A DNA stretch of 32,000 nt from Deltaproteobacteria bacterium (GCA_031389045.1 JANMSE010000539.1:1846-33845), one strand, 5' to 3'; positions 24,414 through 31,320 are shown, counted from the first letter of the stretch. Made by a program: numbers and translations. Notes: generated from the letters alone by a model not told the origin.

Positions 24414-25943
24414 TTAGTCGTGGTGATCGTGGTCGTCGTCTTCGTCGTCATCCTCGTCATCAAGCGGAGGCCGGTATCCCGCCAGATCACTCGCCGAAGC
24501 CTTGTAGGCATGCAGGACGCCGGGGATCAACACATAGCCAGTCGGTACTGGGCCGACCTCAATACCGTTCAACGTAGTGGGTTGATCCAGATCGCGCTGG
24601 ACACTGCGCCCATTGAAATCCACATACACGTCGAACTGGACGCCACCGCCGTTTTGCGTGACGGAGTAATCGTTGTCAGTGCCCGCGAGGATCAGAAAGG
24701 CCCCCCCCCGCAGTCGTGGCCCAATCGTCAAGCCTTCCCACTTCTCCGCTTTCTTGCCATTGGGCAGCACCGTGTTGGCGGCGAGGTCGATGAACACCGC
24801 TGACTTCGTCACCGGCGTGATCCCGACGGCGGCTAAGTTCCCGTCGTTCGGGAGAGGAAGGCTGGCGATATTCGTCGCGCCAGTGATGTCGATGCGGTAG
24901 ACGCGCTTGCCGCCAGTCACGCTCGCTCCCGCTGGATCATCGACACCGATGCCGCGGTTGTCCCGTTCCAGGATCAAGAACTCGAGGTTGTTAAGCGCCA
25001 CGATGGCGGACAGTCCGATGTTCCGTCCTTGGCGAGGATCCGTGGCGGTCCCTGTCCCACCAGCCGCGAGGATACGCGCCAAAATATCCGCTTGTCGTTC
25101 AAGCTGGTACGCGTACTGCGCGGTGCTCTGACGATAGGTTGGACTCTGAGGGTCATTATCGAACACCACAATGCGGAGGTTGCGACCATTACGACCGTTG
25201 TTGGGGCTCGGTTCGTTGACCAGCGGGTCCTGAAGCACCGCATAGAGCGTCTTCCCGTCTGGCGTCACGGCTAACCCTTCGAAGCCGCGATTATCCTGCC
25301 GTCCGGCGTTGAGTCCACCGTCGCGATCGGCGACATAGTTGGTGTTGCCACTGACCTTAGGAACCAGATTAGCAGGCGTCTCGAACACCGCGACCAACAT
25401 GCCACGACGGTTGAATTCGTAGATGGAGGGGCCGTACTCGTCGGAGACGAGAAAATGACCGTTCCGTGGATCAATGACGAGCCCTTCCGGATCGAAGCTG
25501 CGCCCGAGCGTCGCCACATTGCCGTTGAGCGCGAGGGGATTCAGACCATTCAGCGCGGTCGGTTCCGCGAGCGGATGAGTGGGCGCGGAGAGGATGCCTC
25601 TCGGATCGCTGAACTTGATCGTTTCTTTCACCCGGAATCGAGAAATCGCGCCGGTCACGGGATGGACCTTGATTTCGAATCGCTGGACGCGGGTCGAATA
25701 GTTCAGGACGCCGCCACCAGGACCGCGATCCGATAATGCCCACCATTCATCCTCGGTGGGGTCGTAATACATATCCGAGAAGAAACCGAGCCGTCCGGCA
25801 TTGGCGCCGGGTTTACGGGTGGCATCGAGTGTGTGTCCGGCGATCGTGAGGCCGTTGACGAAAGCGGGCTCCGCCCAAACCACGGAGCGAGGGCTCGTGA
25901 ACAAGAGACCGGTTAGCGCAAGTGGAAGCCAGAAAAGCCGCAT
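24414..25943 (-). CDS. Secreted 'esterase-like activity of phytase' family protein with an acidic/His C-terminal tail
   Basis: Start moved to MRLFWLPLAL (ATG 25943), preceded by gAAAGGAGtcactcc, with a signal peptide. Motifs: FDPEGLVIDPRNGHFLVSDEYGPSIYEF and FEGLAVTPDGKTLYAVLQ. The tail is DDEDDDEDDDHDHHD*. Confidence 0.85.
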   Translation of the reverse strand: MRLFWLPLALTGLLFTSPRSVVWAEPAFVNGLTIAGHTLDATRKPGANAGRLGFFSDMYYDPTEDEWWALSDRGPGGGVLNYSTRVQRFEIKVHPVTGAISRFRVKETIKFSDPRGILSAPTHPLAEPTALNGLNPLALNGNVATLGRSFDPEGLVIDPRNGHFLVSDEYGPSIYEFNRRGMLVAVFETPANLVPKVSGNTNYVADRDGGLNAGRQDNRGFEGLAVTPDGKTLYAVLQDPLVNEPSPNNGRNGRNLRIVVFDNDPQSPTYRQSTAQYAYQLERQADILARILAAGGTGTATDPRQGRNIGLSAIVALNNLEFLILERDNRGIGVDDPAGASVTGGKRVYRIDITGATNIASLPLPNDGNLAAVGITPVTKSAVFIDLAANTVLPNGKKAEKWEGLTIGPRLRGGAFLILAGTDNDYSVTQNGGGVQFDVYVDFNGRSVQRDLDQPTTLNGIEVGPVPTGYVLIPGVLHAYKASASDLAGYRPPLDDEDDDEDDDHDHHD

Positions 25944-26018
25944 GGAGTGACTCCTTTCTGAAGAGGTCGCCTGAGATTTGTGGTGACGACCGCACAGATA
26001 TTTCCTGGGCCGCTTGTT

Positions 26019-26058
26019 ATCCCACCACTGTGACAAAATGATGACCAGTTCACGACAT
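26019..26058 (-). promoter_or_regulatory. Pho-box-like array upstream of the phytase-like gene
   Basis: Minus strand reads ATGTCGT-gaac-TGGTCAT-catt-TTGTCAC-agtg-GTGGGAT (5/7, 5/7, 6/7, 4/7) with exact 11-bp phasing. The proximal unit is 76 nt from the ATG. Confidence 0.5.
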
Positions 26059-26091
26059 TCTTGTTACGGTTTTCCGAAGCGCCGGGTCAAT

Positions 26092-26334
26092 TCAGTGGAA
26101 ACCAGGAGGTCGGCTCCCATTCTCCCGTGATTTTCTCCTGTCCACCGAGATGGCGGTACAGGTCCCGAGCTCTCCTTTGTGAGAGACTCGCTGCCGCCAC
26201 ACGATGCCGCCGACTTCCACGAAGACCGCCCATCCGTCGCGGCCTTCTGGACGGATACTCGCGACGCGCACGCGTTGACCTAAAGTGGCTTCCAATCGAT
26301 TTTCGACCAGGAGGATGACTTCACTTGTTGTCAT
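26092..26334 (-). CDS. Small hypothetical protein (80 aa) with a faint GvpO-like motif
   Basis: Start taken at MTTSEV (tGGAG about 10 nt upstream). The DGWAVFVEV...KGEL pattern recalls the DGW-x-V-x-VEV...GEL core of GvpO-type proteins, but this is weak. Confidence 0.4.
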   Translation of the reverse strand: MTTSEVILLVENRLEATLGQRVRVASIRPEGRDGWAVFVEVGGIVWRQRVSHKGELGTCTAISVDRRKSRENGSRPPGFH

Positions 26335-26606
26335 ATTTGAGTACTCCAGTATTTTCGCGGCCGTGCTCATTTCCTATTGGGGAACAAGGGGAGAGAAGGC
26401 TGCCGCTCATTCCTCAGCAACCTTCTCCGGTTGAGAGGCGCGCATTGGGATTGCGGCCTCGGGGGAGGGGAGAGGGTCGTGAAGAAGTATGCCGGCGGAG
26501 TGTTACCGGATGATGAAGGGAAGATGAAGAATCGATCTTATTTCGCGAGTGGCTGGGTTTTTCGTTGCCACGCTGGGGAAGGCGGTGGAACGGGGGAAAT
26601 ATCCGG

Positions 26607-27194
26607 TCATCCTTCTCCGCGCTCAGTATGAAGGTAACGGTCGTTGAAATCCGCGACGAGTTGTTCGCAGAGGTGCTGGATACGATGGCGGGACCCGATA
26701 CGCAGCCAGGTGCCGCGAAACGCCTCGACCGGCGCGGAGGCCGGGGCGAGGAGCGACGCGCTCCGCACAGAGTCCCGCACTTGCTGGGTAACGGTTTTGG
26801 TCACTACCGCGGATAACGCGATCCCAGAGGTTTTTCCATTCGGCGATTGGATCGGCACCCCAAGGACGATGAGGGTCCAGTCCGCTTCTGCTTGTACAAG
26901 GTGTACGTAGGGGAAAGCACTCAGGGCCTGTGCGACATGCTCTTCCACCTCGTGTGCCATATCTTCGCCCGCGGTGACTGTCAGTTTGATCCGAACGGAG
27001 GATGGCGCGGGTTCTCCGACCGCGGGTGGGGGAAACAACGCGGTGAAGGGGTCCGCCGTGGAGGCAACACCCGCTTGGTCCGTCGCGGGGAGAGTCGGGT
27101 CAGCGGACGGGTTCTTTGCTCGCGCCGGTGTCGGGGAGCGTTCGTGCGACTCTCGGTCAGCCAACAGGTCTGGGGTTTTCTTGCGTTTCGCCAT
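26607..27194 (-). CDS. Hypothetical protein (195 aa): basic N-terminal peptide, Pro/Ala-rich disordered linker, globular C-terminal domain; ParA-partner-like layout
   Basis: SD GGAGAG 9 nt upstream. N-terminus MAKRKKTPDLL, then low-complexity P/A/S/T sequence. It overlaps the 3' end of the ParA-like ORF by 38 nt. Confidence 0.6.
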   Translation of the reverse strand: MAKRKKTPDLLADRESHERSPTPARAKNPSADPTLPATDQAGVASTADPFTALFPPPAVGEPAPSSVRIKLTVTAGEDMAHEVEEHVAQALSAFPYVHLVQAEADWTLIVLGVPIQSPNGKTSGIALSAVVTKTVTQQVRDSVRSASLLAPASAPVEAFRGTWLRIGSRHRIQHLCEQLVADFNDRYLHTERGEG

Positions 27195-27447
27195 CTACGA
27201 TTCTCTCCGTCAGTTGTTGATAGTCCAGCGCACCAGACGAGCCTGGCGCGTATTCATAGATGGTCTGCCCACACCCAGGTGCTTCGGAGAGACGCACGCT
27301 GTAGCGGATGGGTTGACAGAGTTGCACCTCGTAATGCGCGTGGAGTTGTTGCAAAACCTCCTGTGATTTCTTCACGCGCCCGTCAAGAAAGGTGGGGACA
27401 ATCTTGCCCACGCCCCCTTTCGTCAGAAAAACCGCGATCTTTCTCAT
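27157..27447 (-). CDS. Mini ParA/MinD-like protein (96 aa); P-loop fused in frame to the C-terminal segment, ATPase core missing
   Basis: MRKIAVFLTKGGVGK (deviant Walker A) is joined directly to IVPTFLDGRVKKSQEVLQQL...IRYSVRLSEAPGCGQTIYEYAPGSSGALDYQQL, matching the ParA C-terminus (IPRNVRLSEAPSxGxPI..YD). About 130 aa, including Walker A' and Walker B, are absent. Confidence 0.7.
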   Translation of the reverse strand: MRKIAVFLTKGGVGKIVPTFLDGRVKKSQEVLQQLHAHYEVQLCQPIRYSVRLSEAPGCGQTIYEYAPGSSGALDYQQLTERIVDGETQENPRPVG

Positions 27448-27451
27448 TGCT

Positions 27452-27712
27452 TCAGGCCGCCGCGCCGTTGCCGGTCGTGTATTCCGCTTTCGCTTCAGCG
27501 ATGAGGTCCTCCACCTGTTCGCCCCCTTCAGCCACGAGAGTCTGGAGTGTGTCGGTCAGCAAGAGCCCGCCTTGGATCGCCAATTTCGCCACTGGACGGA
27601 CCACCGCGCCGACCACAGGCAACAACACGGGAATTGCCATCACCGCACCCAAGCCAAGGAGCACTGGCCCCCCCCATCCACTAAGCACGAGAATATCTTC
27701 AAGCAGTGCCAT
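27452..27712 (-). CDS. DUF5132-type small membrane protein (86 aa)
   Basis: MALLEDIL..GPVLLGLGAVMAIPVLLPVVGAVVRPVAKLAIQGG, then an acidic amphipathic helix (EQVEDLIAEAKAEY). It is a paralog of the 29904..30179 product. Its stop is 4 nt before the ParA-like ATG. Confidence 0.8.
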   Translation of the reverse strand: MALLEDILVLSGWGGPVLLGLGAVMAIPVLLPVVGAVVRPVAKLAIQGGLLLTDTLQTLVAEGGEQVEDLIAEAKAEYTTGNGAAA

Positions 27713-27725
27713 TAATCTCCCCCCT

Positions 27726-27765
27726 TTATCACGAAAATTTCATATAATTGTCATGCGCGTGCAAT
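27726..27765 (+). promoter_or_regulatory. Pho-box-like array, plus orientation, in the divergent control region
   Basis: TTATCAC-gaaa-ATTTCAT-ataa-TTGTCAT-gcgc-GTGCAAT (5/7, 5/7, 6/7, 4/7) with exact 11-bp phasing, in an AT-rich patch. It is more than 200 nt upstream of the 27972 start. Confidence 0.45.
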
Positions 27766-27849
27766 ATCCCATCAGGCTCCCCAACGCGATAGCTCGTGAA
27801 CCGACTTATTGCCTACCGAGGGACTTCTGTGCAAAGAGTGATGCCTCCT

Positions 27850-27889
27850 GTTGCAGGATTATTACCTTTTTATGACACAAGTGTGACAA
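27850..27889 (-). promoter_or_regulatory. Pho-box-like array, minus orientation, in the divergent control region
   Basis: Minus strand reads TTGTCAC-actt-GTGTCAT-aaaa-AGGTAAT-aatc-CTGCAAC (6/7, 6/7, 4/7, 5/7), phased at 11 bp. An AATAAT -10-like hexamer overlaps unit 3. It is about 160 nt upstream of the 27712 start. Confidence 0.5.
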
Positions 27890-27971
27890 CACAATCGACC
27901 CTCGCACCGCTGTTCGCGGACACGAGCTGAACATGGTACACCTCGTCGAGGCCATATAAGGAGTGACATAT

Positions 27972-28163
27972 ATGACGGATCCCTTTCCATCTCAACAAGA
28001 TCATCGCGAAGAGACCGAGAACAAAGCCGAGCAAATCGCTTCGTATCTCAGGCACAAACCTCAAGACTTAATCGATATCAAACGCTTAATGCACCGTTTT
28101 TGCGCGTCAGCGAAGGATTTCCAAAGAGCGTTCGTGCTCTTGGAACAACCGGTGAGGAACTAA
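27972..28163 (+). CDS. Small hypothetical helical protein (63 aa)
   Basis: AAGGAG 8 nt upstream of ATG 27972. It is the first gene of the plus-strand operon. No family recognised. Confidence 0.55.
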   Translation: MTDPFPSQQDHREETENKAEQIASYLRHKPQDLIDIKRLMHRFCASAKDFQRAFVLLEQPVRN

Positions 28164-28193
28164 TCAGGCGGGACGCGAGTCAGGAGCGAGGAT

Positions 28194-29078
28194 ATGGCTG
28201 AAAAACAACGGAGAAAAAGAAAACCCCTTGTCCACGCGCCAAAACCTGCGCGACGAGGCGTAGTGCCGCCACTGTCCGTAGAGACCGCGGCTACGGCGGA
28301 GGACAGCCCTACGGTAGACGAGAGAGGCAGTGGCGAAACAGCGTACGACAAACGGATGGCGAGTGTAGATATCTCTTCCCAAGAGGAGGAGGCACTGGCC
28401 GGGGTGCTACGGATATCCGATGTCACCCAAGAAACAGATGTGAGTACTATTACTGATGAAAGGAGAAGTGTTATGGCGCAGAGAAGCGAGACCATGAATG
28501 AAAGCGGGATTACCAGCACTGGAACCGCCCTTAGGGACGGGGTTGTTGATAGCCTCAAGGGCATCAATGAAATCGGCACCGAACTGGTCGACTTGGTTGG
28601 CAATACCCTGTCGGGAACACTGCGAACGACCGGAGTAGTGGCAAGAGATGGTCTCTCGGTTGCCAAGGATGTGGTCGTGGGAGCGGTGCAGACCGTTGCC
28701 GATGTCGGGACAGGACTGACAACGCATGCCAAGAATGTGGCAAGAGGAGTGGTGACAGGCGTGGGTGAAGTGGGAGGAGACGTGGTCGACGTGGCTCAGC
28801 AGACCGTCAAGGGCGTCATTACCGGAGTCGCTGACCTGGGTGCCATGGTCGGCGACGTCGCCGGGCGGGCCGCGCTCGGAACAGTCGCGGTCGCGCAAGA
28901 AATTGGCGGCAATGTCGGAGGATTAGCGCGCTCAACGGTCGAAGGCACACTCGAAGCCGCCGATGCGATTGGCAGGGCGGCGGTGAAAACCGCGACGCAT
29001 CTCCTTGTGTCCGTGGTCGGCGGCGTCAAAGAGGTGCTCAGCGCCGCGTTGCCGCGAGCCAGCGCGTCGAGAGAGTAA
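28194..29078 (+). CDS. Repeat protein (294 aa): basic N-terminal peptide, acidic linker, and about eight 22-residue (2x11) G/V/A-rich amphipathic repeats
   Basis: SD AGGAGcgAGGAt-ATG. N-terminus MAEKQRRKRKP. Repeats include VAKDVVVGAVQTVADVGTGLTT / HAKNVARGVVTGVGEVGGDVVD / VAQQTVKGVITGVADLGAMVGD. It is collinear with the 31321..31968 product. Confidence 0.75.
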   Translation: MAEKQRRKRKPLVHAPKPARRGVVPPLSVETAATAEDSPTVDERGSGETAYDKRMASVDISSQEEEALAGVLRISDVTQETDVSTITDERRSVMAQRSETMNESGITSTGTALRDGVVDSLKGINEIGTELVDLVGNTLSGTLRTTGVVARDGLSVAKDVVVGAVQTVADVGTGLTTHAKNVARGVVTGVGEVGGDVVDVAQQTVKGVITGVADLGAMVGDVAGRAALGTVAVAQEIGGNVGGLARSTVEGTLEAADAIGRAAVKTATHLLVSVVGGVKEVLSAALPRASASRE

Positions 29079-29275
29079 TCGTCCATTCGTTGATATGGAG
29101 ACGATGTCGTCATGCCCGCGCAGGCGGGTGTGACGCTTCTCCGGGCCACCCCGCACAATCATAGATTCCCTCTCACCTTTTCATCATCTTGTAACAAAGC
29201 CGACACCTTCAGATAACCTAAAGCTGCGATGCTGCTATCGTGGTCTTAGGAACATTCCTGAAAGGAGTCCGCAGC

Positions 29276-29656
29276 GTGAGTGACGCATCTTCTTATATCC
29301 ATCATGCTTTAGAAGGTCGGCTCCGCGTTAAAAGCGCTTTGGTCAAGGGGTCGTGGCGGAAGGCGCGAGAGGTGGAGGCGTATTTCCAGCACCGTGATGG
29401 GATCTCCGAGATTTCAGCGAATCCCACGACCGGGAGCGTGCTGTTTTACTACGACGCGCAACGCCTCAGTCAACGAGAGATTGTAGCCGAGTTGTCCGCT
29501 GGCGGATATTTGGCGCCCAGTGAGCATTTCCAGCCGCATCACCTGGTGCCGGTGACGGTGAAAACCTCCAAAGCCTCGGGCCAGAGCCTCGTGGCCACCA
29601 TTGTCACCTCCACCGTGGAAACCGCGCTCCAGTTGCTCGTGCACGCGCTGATCTAA
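29276..29656 (+). CDS. HMA2-like (heavy-metal-associated-like, ferredoxin-fold) protein, cysteine-free (126 aa)
   Basis: Start moved to GTG 29276 (AAAGGAG 8 nt upstream). Signature: HHALEGRLRVKSALVKGS...ISEISANPTTGSVLFYYD. There is no Cys anywhere in the protein. Confidence 0.7.
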   Translation: MSDASSYIHHALEGRLRVKSALVKGSWRKAREVEAYFQHRDGISEISANPTTGSVLFYYDAQRLSQREIVAELSAGGYLAPSEHFQPHHLVPVTVKTSKASGQSLVATIVTSTVETALQLLVHALI

Positions 29657-29903
29657 CCCAGTGGAGAGGAACCCTACGACCGCAGACGGCCGGCGCAGTC
29701 GCCTGCGCCGTTCTTTTCTGTCAAGCCGCGGCCCCCGGCTTTTCCCCTTTCCTACTGAGTCAGCAGCCCACAACCAACCTCCCTCCCAATACATCGAAAC
29801 TCGACTCATTGATTCTCACGCCGGAATGCCGCATAAAGCATCCCTTGGTCAATGTTACATTTTTGTTGCAGTGAGATGAACTTGCTGTGACATCGGAAGG
29901 AGG

Positions 29904-30179
29904 TTGCTCATGGCGTTACTTGGTGACGTATTTGGTAATTTGGGAGGAGCGGTGCTGATCGGTATCGGTGCGGCGTTGGTGGCTCCCCTGTTGCTCCCCG
30001 CGGCTGGGGCAATACTCCGCCCCGTGGTCAAAGGGGTGATCAAAGGAGGATTCCACCTCGCGGACACCCTTCAGGAAGTGCTCGCCGAAGGGAGTGAACA
30101 ACTGAGTGACCTGATGGCGGAAGTCCAGGCGGAACGGGCCGCGTCAGTGGCGGCAACACTGCGGACTACAGAACAATGA
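29904..30179 (+). CDS. DUF5132-type small membrane protein (91 aa)
   Basis: SD GGAAGGAGGttgctcATG. MALLGDVFGNLGGAVLIGIGAALVAPLLLPAAGAILRPVVKGVIKGG, then an acidic helix (EQLSDLMAEVQAE). Its stop overlaps the next start (ATGA). Confidence 0.85.
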   Translation: MLMALLGDVFGNLGGAVLIGIGAALVAPLLLPAAGAILRPVVKGVIKGGFHLADTLQEVLAEGSEQLSDLMAEVQAERAASVAATLRTTEQ

Positions 30180-30721
30180 CCCGCGAAGGCATCACGGTCG
30201 TTCATGCCATTCCTGGCCGCATTCGGCTGAAGATCGCCAGCCTGCGCGATAACTCGACGCTCGCCAGCGAACTCCAACACCGACTGGTCGCGATTCAGGG
30301 CGTGAAGCAGGTCGAGACCAATCCGCGGACCGGCAGCGTCCTCATTCTCTACGATGCGGCGGCAATGGCTTCACCCGAAGCGTTGCTCACGCTGGCCGCG
30401 CCGCTCTCGCAACTCTTCCCAGGGCTGGATCTCAAGGATTTGCCGGCGTGGGCCTCCTCCACAAATGGTGCGCATCCCACTCCGTCCCTCGCCCAAAGCG
30501 TGGCTGGCTTTTTCGGGTCTCTCAACCAGAAGATCGACACCGCCACCGGCGGGGTCGCGGACCTCAAGATTTTGCTCCCACTGGGGCTCTTTCTCTTCGG
30601 CATCAGATCGCTGCTGTCGTCCGAAAAGCGTGCCATCCCGACGTGGTACGACTTCTTCTGGTTCGCGCTCGGCACCTATTTCATGATGCATCCGAAGCCG
30701 GGCGAGAAGACCCCACCCTGA
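30176..30721 (+). CDS. HMA2-like domain protein with a C-terminal membrane anchor (181 aa), cysteine-free
   Basis: VVHAIPGRIRLKIASLRDNS...VKQVETNPRTGSVLILYD, followed by two hydrophobic segments (ILLPLGLFLFGIRSLL; WYDFFWFALGTYFMM). Confidence 0.8.
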   Translation: MTREGITVVHAIPGRIRLKIASLRDNSTLASELQHRLVAIQGVKQVETNPRTGSVLILYDAAAMASPEALLTLAAPLSQLFPGLDLKDLPAWASSTNGAHPTPSLAQSVAGFFGSLNQKIDTATGGVADLKILLPLGLFLFGIRSLLSSEKRAIPTWYDFFWFALGTYFMMHPKPGEKTPP

Positions 30722-30824
30722 TTCCCCGCGCTGAGAAGCGCCTGTTGTCCTGGGCCTCCGGCAACCATAACCCCTTTGCCAGCGTTTGCTGCTTCAACAC
30801 TGTAACAATACTTGGGGGAACTCC

Positions 30825-31091
30825 ATGCACGATGCGTACTTCAAATTCCGGGTTGGGGACATCGTCACCCATAAGGGGTTTCTCTATCCGCGCCGACAAC
30901 CCGTCGTGCAGCGTTTCGAGATTGTCGGACAAACGCTGGTGGCCTGCCCTGGCGCGGTTCAGCGGTTTTATTACATCCGCACCGTGGGCGAGCCGGAGCA
31001 ACATGAGACCACACACGGGGCCACGCTCCGCGTGGAGGAATCGAGTCTGTCGCCTTTACCTGATGACGAAGTTGAAAGTCGCGCGGCCTAA
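30825..31091 (+). CDS. Small hypothetical protein (88 aa), probably beta-rich
   Basis: Start taken at MHDAYFKFRVGDIV (gggggaa upstream). No family recognised. Confidence 0.45.
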   Translation: MHDAYFKFRVGDIVTHKGFLYPRRQPVVQRFEIVGQTLVACPGAVQRFYYIRTVGEPEQHETTHGATLRVEESSLSPLPDDEVESRAA

Positions 31092-31149
31092 CGCGATCAG
31101 GAGGCGTTTACTACAGCGGTTTGCACTTGAACGAAGAGAGAAAGAAAGT

Positions 31150-31179
31150 AGGCCGGAATAAGCGGAGCGTTTCCGGCCT
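31150..31179 (+). terminator. Hairpin between the 88-aa gene and the second repeat-protein gene
   Basis: aggccggaa-N12-ttccggcct (9-bp perfect stem). There is no U-tract, so its function is uncertain. Confidence 0.35.
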
Positions 31180-31320
31180 GTACGCTCGCGCCGGGAACGG
31201 CCTACGGCCTTATCCCGGCCTACCGAAAGAGATGTCTCCTCGCTCCAATGAAAACCGCTGCATTGATATGTTTTTCACAATTTTCCCAGTCGCGAGGCTG
31301 GAGCAGAAAGGGAATCAGTA

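Noticed and set aside
26335-26606. Purine/G-rich tract with several G-runs (for example gggggaggggagaggg at about 26462..26477); considered as a second G-quadruplex
   Set aside because: Only three closely spaced G-runs are present. A fourth would need a 13-nt loop, which makes it much weaker than the 4179..4202 motif.
26847-27875. 342-aa plus-strand ORF spanning three minus-strand genes
   Set aside because: It runs antisense across the DUF5132, ParA-like and 195-aa genes. It has Arg/Ser-rich composition and no SD.
28160-29158. 190-aa, 163-aa and 120-aa minus-strand ORFs (and 31315..31788-)
   Set aside because: They are antisense to the repeat-protein genes. The repetitive GC-rich codons (GTC/GGC/GCC) keep the opposite strand open by chance.
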